Below, in pieces: positions 52,265 to 64,000 of a stretch of 64,000 bases of DNA (position 1 is the stretch's first letter; every line of letters begins with the position of its first letter). The stretch covers positions 15,004,001 to 15,068,000 of the forward strand of contig OZ316775.1 in the NCBI GenBank assembly GCA_973851085.1, read 5' to 3'. A program made the translations under genes and the position numbers. The notes below the pieces were generated by a model that saw only the letters and a program-made list of their open reading frames with translations, searched no databases and was not told where the DNA came from. This DNA is from Ptychomitrium polyphyllum. Lineage: Eukaryota.

Positions 52265-53454
52265 CACGTTGGAATGCGTGGAGCCGCCCATTGGCTGATG
52301 AACGAGCTGCATTGGATGACGTGCGGAGAGTGGATGAATGAGATTGTGCGAGGGGATGGGGTCGTATGGCCATGCAGAGGCACCATCCATGTGACTCTGG
52401 CCGACTTGGGCACTTGGGAGTGGTGGAGTGGAGGTTTGGGTATGGAAAGCGTAAGATCTGAGTCAGTTTTGTATTTTTAACTTCTTTTCGTTTGCTATGA
52501 TTCTTGTGCTTTGTTATTTGTGTTTTCATTTGGTTTTTTTTGTATCTTCTTTGTTTTGTTTTGTTTTGTTTTTTCTTTTTCTTTCTCTTTTATCAGAAAC
52601 TAACACTGGAACAACGTAAAAATCACGGCTGGATAGTCACAGTCTGCAAATTTGGCTGTTGAATTCGTTAAATGGCTGCAGGAGGAGGGGAATGCTGACT
52701 GGTGGGTGAGTTGGGGTGGTGTAGAGAATTTGAGGAGTTGACTCAGGTTTGAATCAACCATGAAAGCAGCAGTATTCCGTACATGTGAGATTGTATTTTA
52801 CTTACCTGCTGCATTAGATGTATTAGGCACTCTTGAACAGAATGTCTGGAAACCTGAGCTTTTGGAGATACACTTGCTAACTTGCTAGGTCAAGATCCTG
52901 GTTCAAGTTCACTTCCAAAGTTCCTCGGAGATCACTGTACTGACAACTATGCATGGTTGGCAATGGAATATGGGTATTCACAGCAAGCACTGCCAGTTGC
53001 TGGAAGCTCTTGTTGAAAGCCAGTCACCTCCCAAAGACAACATGAACACTACTAATACCTTGGCTTGTGGTAAAATAAATGTGGGAAAATAAATGTTAGT
53101 TGAACTATTCTTGTTTCAATAGATAAATATAATGCCCAGCCTACCTTATAATTTGGCCGACTTTGGTCAAAACTGTTAAACATACTTCAAAAATTAATAT
53201 CTTAGTTTCAGATACTACAAAATACTTAAATGTGGTTGATTTAGGCTTCTAAGCAATAATTTTGAAATGACATTGAAATCTAGTTCTATAAAGATTAATG
53301 ATAACATGAGTATAACATACGGTATGTAGATAAGGAGTGTATCCAATGTGCATCAAGAATAGAAACGAAAATATGAAACAATAGAGTTATTAAATTTGAA
53401 AATAATAAGAAGCTTGATTGTATTGTAAGGTATATGAATAACATTCAAACAATA

Positions 53455-53515
53455 GGGATTATCCCAAAAGTCTTTACTAGAGGAGGGATTATCCAAAAAG
53501 TCTTTACTGGAGGAG
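53455..53515. repeat. ~30-bp tandem duplication
   Basis: gggattatcc(c/a)aaaagtctttact(a/g)gagga occurs twice. Confidence 0.8.
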
Positions 53516-56500
53516 AAAAAAATAGACTAAACTGAGCACAACTATTTATGATAACCTGTTTTAACTATTTCTGTGGAATTCTGAGGAGAGCATGCAGTCA
53601 CGTTCTGCATGCATCACTTCAAGGGTCCCTATCATTGACGTTCATTGTAACTAGTGATATTCCATTGCACGGGAACAAAGTTAGTTTTAAACTAACGGAC
53701 CAGTAGTAACTTGCTAATGTAAGTTCTGATACACCATCTTGCAGGCAGTGTTTCATGGCTACTTCAGCCATTATTGGTCTGAAGATGTATTACAAATATT
53801 TCAAACCTCCCCCTCAGACGGCAGATGCTGTGGGGATAATTGAATAGTTCCTGTTAGAATAATACCAATTGTATGGAAGGGCTGAACAAGGAGTCCATCT
53901 CTGGCATCCACTGAATTATTCTAAAATTCTAGGCTTTGTTGTCAACCAAATTGAGAATATAGCTACTGTACATTATTTGCTTTACTGAATCACAAACTAC
54001 TTCTTAGCTGCTTGAGGTTTTTCTTCCATTTTGTACCATTTCTATCCATTGTTCTTTGTTGAGGTGAGTATTTCAAAGGTGGATTAACGTAGGTGGCCTA
54101 CATATGGAGGAGGGGACGTAAGAACCATCTTGTAGGGGGATGGATTTGCACTGTGGAACCTATATTCATCTTTGAAATACTCATTCTTAGACTCCACCCC
54201 TCCATTTGATCATCCTTTTGCTCATGAACATAGAGGATTATCTTACATTGAGTTTTGGATTCTTCATTTATATTTAAACTAAGGCTTCATTCCCTATTCA
54301 TATCTTAGAGCATTGCCATCGGGACCTTTGAACATGGTTGTAATTTTTTGATTATTTGTTCATTCTCAAAAAGAAATCCTAACAACTTACTTCTTCTATA
54401 AAAGCTTCAAAAATACATAAATAAAGGGCTACCATGAAAAACAATAGTATTCCAATTGGCATTGATCATTGTATTAAGAATGAATTTCTTGTGTACAATT
54501 ATGTAATTATTAGTTGGTGTTATTAGTAAGAATTGACTTGTTCAGGTACCTAGGTACAATGTGCAATATTTATGACTTTCTATCAACTTGACCTTCTAGA
54601 GAACTTAAACTACAAGCATAATAATCACCAAGTTTGATTGTTGCAAGTTAAAATACATTTCTATAGAAGTTCTTTCTTTAGTCAAATGAAATAAATGTAG
54701 CTGCTTAACTACAAGTGTTTATCAATAGTATCAGTATGAACAATATCCATAGAATTGTTTTTGATGTAAATACTCATTTTTAAAAAGGATTATAATCTTG
54801 GATAAAAATTTGATATGACTAATACCAATGCACTTGTCATTGACATTGTACTTATCATTTTTATTGATGTAAAATATAGAAATTGAATTTTTTTTATAAC
54901 AAGTGTAACATAGTAGAGATGGTATAATTCACATTAATATGTAGCATCCAAATAAATGTGACTAACTCAATAATTGGTTATTTTCTAAAATATTTCTATA
55001 ATTAAAACAAGTAAAGGATGTGATAATTGGTTTATTAAAATATAAGTATAAATATTGTTTTACTACTAAATTTTTAGACTAATTTGAATAGTATATATCA
55101 ATACTAATTTGAAGATTGATGTAGATTCTCATAATAGTATAAGATTTTACAATAATGGCAATATTTGGTATAATAAAAAATAACATAATGAAATTATAGT
55201 ATATCAAAATGTGGATGTACATAAACATTGGATTCATTACTAAAATCAAAATGAATTTATTTATTTTATGTCAATTTTTTTTTAACCAACTTCTGTAAAA
55301 TTGCACATTTTAATTTTTTTGTTCTTTTTAAACCTACTATTGACAATTCATATGTGACTTTATCACATAATTCCACAAAGTTGGAAATTAAAAGATGATG
55401 AAAGAAACTTGAATGTTACTATTGCTTCCAATAACACAACCTTAAGATGTCATTTTTACAAGAATTTCACCTTTAGCCATGAGTATGGATTTTATTTGAA
55501 TTATTCCATATATGTATCATGTGCAAGGTGTGATAATATGATGTGCCTACATCAAAATCATGAAATCCAACCCCATCTTCCAATCTATTAGATCAAAGTG
55601 CACTAAATTATTGCAAAAATAAGTTTTTAAGAGTGAAGATCTTATTTTGGCCAGGTTTAGAAGCTTATCATTTTTAAAAGCATAATTTGTCAATGAAAAT
55701 TATTATTGTGCCTTAGCATTTGATATTGGAATTCAATCCAAGTAGACTTGTAATTTTTGGAAATAATATAAATATGATATTAGTTATTCAAAGGTAAAAT
55801 GAAAGTGGTATTAATGTGGACAACTAAAAACATTCAAAGTGAATATGATAATTTCATGTGTCCAATAATCAATAATCCAATTAAGATAAAAGATTGAGAT
55901 GAATCATTTGGAGTAAATAACAAGTGGCTACTTTAACTGATTTACCATGTTAAATATTTCTATTTTAATTATATAAGCATTGGACTTTGTTAATTAAATC
56001 ACAATATAAATTAACAAGCCGCATTAATTAACCAAGTCAACAAACTACATTAGCATCCCAAGTCTTCAAACAATTTGCAAATACAAGTTTGTATAACCAG
56101 TGCCATTAGATATAAAGTACAAAACTATAACAATATAACATTGGTTTTATATTTTTTCAAATTGCCTAAGAAAATTAATTTTTTATATTTAGAAAGTTTT
56201 AGAAATATGATTAGTCAAATTTTTTTAAGTTTCTTACTAAGCTACACCTTGTCATGTTGTTGTTTACAAAAGAAACAATTTGAAGATGGATGAAAAAATG
56301 AATTGGCCACCTACTAGGCAACAATTATTGCAAGAAAATCTTCTTCCATTAACACTTTGGAAGTACTTATGGGATGGCAATCATGGAACTTGTCCAAGCA
56401 AGAAGAATCTTTCCATTTTAATTTTATTCATCTTTTTCATAGTTTGTCATTTACCAAAATACCTATGTGTGGGCATAATTTTTTGCTTTGTCCATCTTTC

Positions 56501-57700
56501 ACAAAAAATATTGTAAATTAGCCTTAATATCCTTCATCAAAATCACCTAGCAAGCCTATGAATCCATATGGTACTTTACATGTACACAAGTTTAGATTTA
56601 CTAAAGTTATAGAGTCTAAATTTTATGAAAATATTGTTAATTTTTATAGGATTATATCTTAAAGAAGATCAATTATTGTTAAAATAAATCTATAATATTT
56701 TTTCTTTACATTAATTGATATAATTTTGACTTTTATATAAAATAAACTAAAATAAATTATTAAAGCCTATAGACTAAAGGTTTAATGAAGTAATATCCAA
56801 TTTTCTTAAATAAAAATTAAAAATCAATATAGCTACTGAATATTCTATCACATACTATTTATATTTGTTACATTATATTTGTTTATTTTAAGAGCTTTTT
56901 GGTAGAAAAGCTTTAAATTCCTAAACTTCATCTCAACAAAATATTTAAAATTCATAGGCCTTACATCAATATCAATAAGTTCTTGCAGAAATTCAAAGTA
57001 TTTGACTCTTTAAAGACATCAAGGTCTTATTTCCATTTTCATAAGGACATCTTATTATTACTTAATAGTTATAAGATGTCACAACTAATTAATCTAAATA
57101 AAAGTATCAAATTGTAGTAATAACAACAATTGGTCATAATCAAAGGATTAAATTTAGCAATGATTACATTTTTTAACATAAGTTATAATGATAGCTACAA
57201 CAAAAAATAAATAAATGAGCATGGTACAAGCATTAAGAATATTAAGGATATACTATCTTTATTAATCATTTCTAACAAAATAAGCACAAAAAACACATGA
57301 ACCAGATTTTTTGATACAATAAGTAGTAACAAAATATACCACTTATACTATCAACAATAAAATACTCAACAAAAGAATGCCTTATTTTTATTCTTATTCT
57401 TTCATATAGAGGAGATAAGGATGGTTTAAAAGAAACGAAATAGTTACAAAGAATTCATTTGATTACATTTTGAATGCAGAGTTGAAAATGGAAATGGCCC
57501 ACAGATTGTATGTGTTTTGAGTGGGGTAATGTGGAATAAGGGGGAACAGAGTTTTAGGGGTGGGGCTCTCGTCTATTATTCTGACCCCTCCCCTTGATAA
57601 TGGCATAATGCTCCTGAAGCCTCCGTCTACAATCAAGTCCAATCCGTGGTTGGAGGGGTCTGTCGGTGGAGATACTTTTAGCACTGACTTGGGTACTAAG

Positions 57701-57830
57701 ATAACATAACACAACATAACATAACATTCTTCAGTGACCTCTGTGAACAGCCTCCCTTTAAAGAATCATTTCTTCATTTATAAGTACCATTTATAAGTAT
57801 CATTTATAAGTATCATATATAAGTACCATT
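57701..57830. repeat. (ATAAC)n microsatellite and a 13-bp tandem (TTATAAGTAYCAT) x4
   Basis: ataacataacacaacataacataac at 57701-57725 and four ttataagtaccat-type units at ~57778-57830. Confidence 0.75.
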
Positions 57831-60800
57831 CAGATCGAAATCCTTTGTGTCCTAAAGCACTAAACTAGACTCATGCTTTCATTCATTAATTGCCACATGT
57901 TCTTATTGCCATGTGTTGTGTTGTTCGTTACTCACTTTCCAAGGTGAAGGTTGACTTGGTGCAACTGGAGAATATAGTGACAAGGCATTTGGATTTCCGT
58001 AGCCTCTAAATTCTTCATTCAAATTTAGGGATTGGAGGGCAGGTTTGGGAGTCCTTTGGGAATGCTTGAGAGTCAGGCTTACACCTAGTCCCCTGGCTCA
58101 TTGGCAGTTGAACAGCCTATGCATGAAATCATTGAATGCTGTACAAAGTGAAGGTTTGGTACGGTAGAATTTGACTGGAGTTGAACAGATGAGATTTTCA
58201 CTTCAGTCAAAGGTTGACTGAAGTTTGCAAATTGTAGTAACGTGGCTTCACGGAGAGTTCACTATTCATTAGTGCAAATAAGGGGTATTTTATTGGGGGC
58301 ATGAAAATGATGGAAGATTCTACCGTCTAAAAGAATCTCTCTATGTTTATGAAAATGTTTATTAAATTCTTTGGTTCTTATCAATGCATTTTCATATCAC
58401 TTTTAAAACTCTACAAGTCCTTTTAAAAAGTTCAAAAAAAAATTTAATTTTTTCTTCTCCCAATCTCTAAAAGTAGTGGTGGCTCCCAATGTTCAAGAGT
58501 ATGCTCGGAAGTTGAAATTAGATCTCTCTAAAAGTATCCTGGAACTGGAAACACACATTTATGTGATCTCACCCTGGGATCAGCCTCAAAGGATTGGCTT
58601 CAAAATAGGATACAAAAGATTGAAAACATTCAATGAATACATTTACGATCTCAAGAATTTAGAAGAAATTGTTTGAAGATATAAACAATGGAGGTAATTT
58701 GTGTATATCAATGAAATCGCCCAATGTTTTATAAAACCCTTACCAGTTTCACCTTAGACTTTGAAGAGATTCAATTGATTGTTTGGCATTTCTTTTCCTA
58801 TCCTGGGGTAAAAGTACAGTAATTTACTCAGCATTCATATGACCCACATTCTTCAGAAGCAAGCACTAGCTTTCCACAAACAATCAGGACTCAGGACTTG
58901 CACTCACCCTTAAGTGAAATGGTCATGTATTCAAATGCAGTAGTTGAGTACTGGAAGGTATGACCAGATATTCAGTAAGATTCATAGTCTAAACAGACTC
59001 CCCGAAGGTAGCCAAGCTTCTGTATGTGGAATGTTTTGTTGATAATGTTGTCATGGAATAGAACCAGGATCCAAAACTGCCCTCATGTTGTAGAACTGTA
59101 GATTATAAAACTAGATCTAAAACAGTCCAATATGAGGACGATTTAGGATCCTGGTTGCTCTTGGAAGGTTCTTCTTTTCATAACATTTGGCTGCATGGAG
59201 CAACGCTACACACCACCAATTCTCTAAGAACATGCACGTTTGTGAACCCCACTGAAATTGACCCGGCAACAACAACAAATCTTACTGACCACCGTATGAG
59301 CCCCTGCTTTCAGAGCTCCTCTCAGATCAATGTGACCAGTCAATAATGCAAAACGTTCCTGCGTGGATCGAAACTCTCAGAGCTGTGCAATCACAAGTGC
59401 AACCGCAGCCAATAAAACATGCTGAATCATGTGTCCTCATCCTGCATTATTTAGTATTTAAGAGTGTCATACTGTCACCGTACAGGTTGTCAAAGTGCAA
59501 CAGTGATGAGAATTAGAAACCAAGTAAAATACGCAAACAGCCATAATTGAGGACATGGGAAGGTGAAATAGTCATTGGCTGAGCAACACATCCATGCTCC
59601 AGCTCCAAGTTGCAGGCCCAGGTTGCTTCACCTTTTGTGTGTCACAACTTCATGAGAACAGCTTTGTTGGTGGACCATTGTATCCTTGGAGGGCCTCACA
59701 AGTACATGAACTGGTGGCATCTAAATATTGGTGGTGGTCCTCGAAAATCAACCAGAGCGACCATCCATGGCCCAAAACAAAAAATTGTGGCAATCTACAA
59801 GCATGCAGAATGCTGAGCTAAGTAGATAAAGCAAAATTGATGGGGAGGCTGGGCATTGCAAGAAAACTCAACAGCGTTGAATAGTGAATACACAATGAGC
59901 ATGCGCCATAATTCTTATACGGAAGGCAACTTGGAATTCAAGCCGTCTTCGGAAACAGGGAGCAGCACTTGTCCTCCTAACAAAAGACACAATCCTCGTT
60001 AGTGAAGTGTGCTGCTAGTGCTCCTGATTCTTGCACTGTGCACGCCTGAGAGAATGTCACGCCTTCAACCTGGAGCCCTAACCACAGAATCGACTCAATC
60101 ATGAACCTGGCAAATAGGACAAAGTAATTACCCGAAGAGTAAACGTATTCAAAACGCATTAGGAGCATACGACGATATAAGGATAGGGGACTTTTACTGT
60201 GTTAATTCGGTCACTTCACATGAAGCCAGGGTTATTCGCTTATAGAAAAGGGGCCCCTGATTTTTCTTCAACCACCAGCATAAACAAATTGACTAGGAGA
60301 ATTCACCAATACAGATACACAAGATTACAGCACTGAATGGGAATACAACGTCATCTTCAAAGGAAGCTCACAGGATGATTTATTGAACACCTACCGGACC
60401 AGCACAAACTTGGGGAGTCGGGATGTGACAATTTAAGAACGAAGCACATCCTTGGCGGCATAAACCCTAAAACTACGACCCTATTTCCTCCCATCGATGG
60501 GGCCAATGTGCTTTATTACTCCAGAACCAAGCATACGACATAATTTTCAGCACCACCAGTCTCCGGAAACCAATATGTGAACACGTTTCCCAACCCCAAT
60601 CATTCATGAAACTTTCACTACACTACAAAGTTACGCTACACAAGGAGTTGTTGGTCACGATAGTTCCTTGCCCTCAAAATCAAGATCTCGTCACAAAAGG
60701 AGAGACAAGACATGCAAATAGTGAACTGAACCAAATTTGAGTGTCGTTAAGAATCTTACCTCCAAAAATGCCTCCGGCGAGTCTGTGAGCAGCTCGTAGC

Positions 60801-62306
60801 AGGAGCTCCGGCTCCTGTACCCTAGTTAAGAATCTCTCATGCACCCCAGATGCAATCTAACCAAGTGCCCAAGTGCCCAAGTGCCTTAAACTCTAAGCCC
60901 TGAATTGCTCATCTACCTCGCCCTACAACGCCGATGGCTCAAAGCACAAAACCCCTCAATTCAAAAAGATCACAGAGCCCGTGAGATGAGTTCCAGACCT
61001 GAGTTAAGCATGGGCCTCGGTCCTGCATGTTGCTGTAATTCTGATCCTTCATAGCTGATGCACTCAACTTAGTGCAGTTTTTTGCAGACAAGTTGCAAGC
61101 CTGCTCACATCATGAGATTGCGTCAATGATGAGGAATAATCATCGTGCAACTTGTCAATTAATAGGCCCCAATGTAAACGAGCTCTTAGGTCGCGGTAGT
61201 GTGGAATAATGCCCATAGCTTGTTTCGGAAGATAACTTGCATCGACGCTGTGATGGGGATTTCTCAGGGAGTCGGTGGTATTAGTCCGAAGGGGAAGAGC
61301 TCTAGGGCCTGTTTCCATGCGCAACCCAACCCTGCAACGAAAGTGAACTGAATTAATCAAGATTTGTTTTCATTATGATTAATCACTCCAGTTCCTTCCT
61401 AGCCCGATTCCTGTACATAATGTGAGCGACTCTTACAGACCAACACGTGTTGAGAGACTCAGTGAGATTTCTCCTTATGCAACAAAGCATTTTCAGAAGC
61501 ATGCAGAAGGCCCTGCAGAAGGGCGTTTCAAGTTTTGACGAGGGATTTCTGAATCTCGAACCTTATCATTACCGACATCCTCATGAGCTTACAAGCTACT
61601 TCACGTCTTTGTTTGCGCAAATACTGGTGCTGAGTCACAAGTCAGCCCCTTGTAGCACCTGGGTTTGAAAGTTCAAAAGCTATGGTGCCCTGCTTGCAGC
61701 ATCTCCTCCACGGATATTCTTGTTCCCTGATTTTAATAAGTTGCACGAAGCAACACAATCGCAAACGAGATTTATGCGTTCCACCAAACGTCTTCACCCA
61801 ATTTCTTTAGACTATCTCATCCTTTGCACCCACGGCTCAGTTGACTCCCCAATGGAGCAGGCACGACACCAAGACGGAGCGCAGGAGCTCCAATTGGCCC
61901 GGTATTCTCGTGTGGGTTACATGTGGAAGACGAACATGATCGCGGTGTAGGGATGCACTAGTTGCTTCTTCGATCATGTTCAATTTACTAAAGCCATTAA
62001 ATAGATTGACGCTCCACTTTCACTTCGATATCCAGAAGAGTGTAGCACAGACAGACTTGGAGAGTCAAGTTTTACCACCTCTAGTGCCAAGTTGACAAAT
62101 CAGTTACTTGCCGCTCTGTAGAAAAACTGTGCTTCCCTTTGTCCTGATGTCTGATGCGGCTTGTTTGATTGCCGTGCGGCTTGGAGATCAGTGAATATTG
62201 TCAGCGTTTACGGATTCGATTTACAGAGGTTCCACAAGGAAGAACCAGGACACTGATTGTGGAGAGACATTCGTGTACTGGTAAGGCATTCTCTAGAGTT
62301 GATGTG

Positions 62307-64000
62307 ATGGCGAAGCCCCGAGCAGCATTCAGCTCGCCACTTCCACCAATAGTTGCACTATGCTTTGTAGTATGGCTGGAAGCAATTCTGGGTTCTGCGA
62401 TCTTGCCGCCAAACAGCGCCAAGATCACCTACATCGTTCACATGGAGAGAAATTCCTCCCACACAGATATCTCCACCAAAGCAGCCTGGTACAGAGAATT
62501 GTTGCGCAGAGCAAAACCCGAAATACATGAGGAATTGGATGAGGGTGACCTCCATCATGTATACCACCATGCCTTGAACGGATTCTCTGCAACCCTCACA
62601 GTTCAACAGGCAGCTTTTTTACAAACATCGCCCCAAGTTCTCCAACTGCAACCAGACAGGATACATACTGTAGGTCATACAACACATACTCCTGAGTTTT
62701 TGGGTTTGGCCACCAAGGATGGGCACTTATGGCCAGAAAGTAATTATGGAAATGACGTGATCATAGGCCTTGTGGATGGTGGGGTGTGGCCTGAACGTCT
62801 CAGTTTTGGTGACCAGGGTCTCGGACCTATCCCAGCACGTTGGAAAGGGAAATGCGAGTCAGGCACAAACTTCAGTACATCAGAGAACTGCAATCGCAAG
62901 CTCATAGGTGCCCGAGCGTTCTACAAGGGTTTTGAGGCGCAACATGGACCCATCAATGAATCAGCTGGAGAGTATAAGTCGCCAAGAGATGGAGTTGGTC
63001 ATGGTACACACACCGCGTCCACAGCTGCCGGTAGATGGTCATACAGGGCAAGCATCTCTCATACCTTAGGACAAGGCACCGCTCGAGGTATGGCGCCCAA
63101 GGCACGTCTTGCAATTTATAAGGCTCTCTGGAACGGTATAGGTGCTGAATCCGACATCCTTGCAGCTATAGACAGGGCTGTGGCTGACGGCGTAGATGTG
63201 CTTTCATTGTCACTGGGTGTTCCAGTCGACCCCAACAATGGGGAAACGTTTCCAGAGCTTTTCCAAGATATGAAAACCATCGCTTCTTATGGTGCTATGA
63301 AGAAAGGAGTCTTCGTTTCTTTCTCAACTGGAAATTACGGCCCTCTACCTGGATCAGTTACAAATGTGGCACCCTGGATGACTTCCGTTGGAGCAACCAC
63401 CACAGATAGGATTTTCTCGGCTGACGTGATTCTGGGCAACGAAACCCTGGTGATCCGTGGTGAGTCCGTAAACACGAAAGGTTTGGGTAGCACGCCACTC
63501 ATCTTTGGAGGGCATGCTGCAATCGACACAAATAGCACAGAGCTTGCGAGCTTCTGCCAGTTTGGCTCCCTAAATCCAACTTTAGTGAAGGGGAAGATTG
63601 TGCTATGCTATACTTCTTCCGTAAATCCTACTAATGCGATTCTTAAGGCGGGAGGCTTTGGTATCATCCTAGCCACTGTACCTTCACTTGGAGAAGAGTT
63701 GTTTGTGACTAGGTTGCATGTGTTACCAACCATAAACGTGGGAAATGCAGAGGGGAGCATAATCATAGAATACATCAACTCAACAAACGCTCCCCATGCT
63801 CAGCTTCGACTTCCAGCGCAGACTCGGTACGACAGGAAGCCTGCTCCTGCTGTCGCAGCCTTCTCCTCAAGAGGGCCTAGTATAAGGTACCCTTTCAATG
63901 TGATTAAGCCAGACATTTTAGCGCCTGGTGTGGATATCATTGCAGCAGGCATACGAGAACTGCAATTCCAGTTGTTTTCTGGAACCAGTATGGCATGCCC
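62307..64000 (+). CDS. Subtilisin-like serine protease (S8A subtilase), 3'-truncated by the window edge
   Basis: Open frame from ATG 62307 to the window end; absent from the ORF track because no stop is reached. Signal peptide, I9 prodomain (TYIVHM...YHHALNGFSATLT), maturation site TTHTPEFLGL, catalytic Asp (GLVDGG, 62775), His (GHGTHTAST, 63000), PA domain (VKGKIVLC), KPDILAPG and Ser (SGTSMAC, 63987). Confidence 0.95.
   Translation, partial: MAKPRAAFSSPLPPIVALCFVVWLEAILGSAILPPNSAKITYIVHMERNSSHTDISTKAAWYRELLRRAKPEIHEELDEGDLHHVYHHALNGFSATLTVQQAAFLQTSPQVLQLQPDRIHTVGHTTHTPEFLGLATKDGHLWPESNYGNDVIIGLVDGGVWPERLSFGDQGLGPIPARWKGKCESGTNFSTSENCNRKLIGARAFYKGFEAQHGPINESAGEYKSPRDGVGHGTHTASTAAGRWSYRASISHTLGQGTARGMAPKARLAIYKALWNGIGAESDILAAIDRAVADGVDVLSLSLGVPVDPNNGETFPELFQDMKTIASYGAMKKGVFVSFSTGNYGPLPGSVTNVAPWMTSVGATTTDRIFSADVILGNETLVIRGESVNTKGLGSTPLIFGGHAAIDTNSTELASFCQFGSLNPTLVKGKIVLCYTSSVNPTNAILKAGGFGIILATVPSLGEELFVTRLHVLPTINVGNAEGSIIIEYINSTNAPHAQLRLPAQTRYDRKPAPAVAAFSSRGPSIRYPFNVIKPDILAPGVDIIAAGIRELQFQLFSGTSMAC

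Noticed and set aside
53000..61900. Gene or TE calls in the AT-rich and intergenic block before the subtilase
   Set aside because: Probably contains decayed TE or gene fragments, but I could not read any diagnostic motif.

Overview
Eukaryotic, intron-rich plant nuclear DNA. Gene style, protein families and alternating gene islands with very AT-rich decayed-transposon blocks suggest a moss or other bryophyte (inference). From left to right: a heavily decayed Ty3/Gypsy chromovirus pol region (1-3.5 kb) with an antisense chromodomain/RING-like relic behind it; a 3-exon double-B3 (REM-like) gene; an intronless RSM22/METTL17-like gene; a convergent 3-exon PPR-SMR gene (SOT1/PPR53-like); a non-coding interval containing a branched candidate structured RNA, a 16 x 21-bp array and variant telomere-like repeats; a 24-exon RAPTOR gene with 11-bp-phased ATAC motifs upstream; a small orphan ORF; a ~12-exon TTC39/Iml2-family gene; an intronless Dof transcription factor with an inverted repeat upstream; AT-rich relic DNA; and a subtilase that runs off the right edge. 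Exon boundaries were read by eye from GT-AG sites and frame continuity. Family calls come from recognised motifs, not from database searches.
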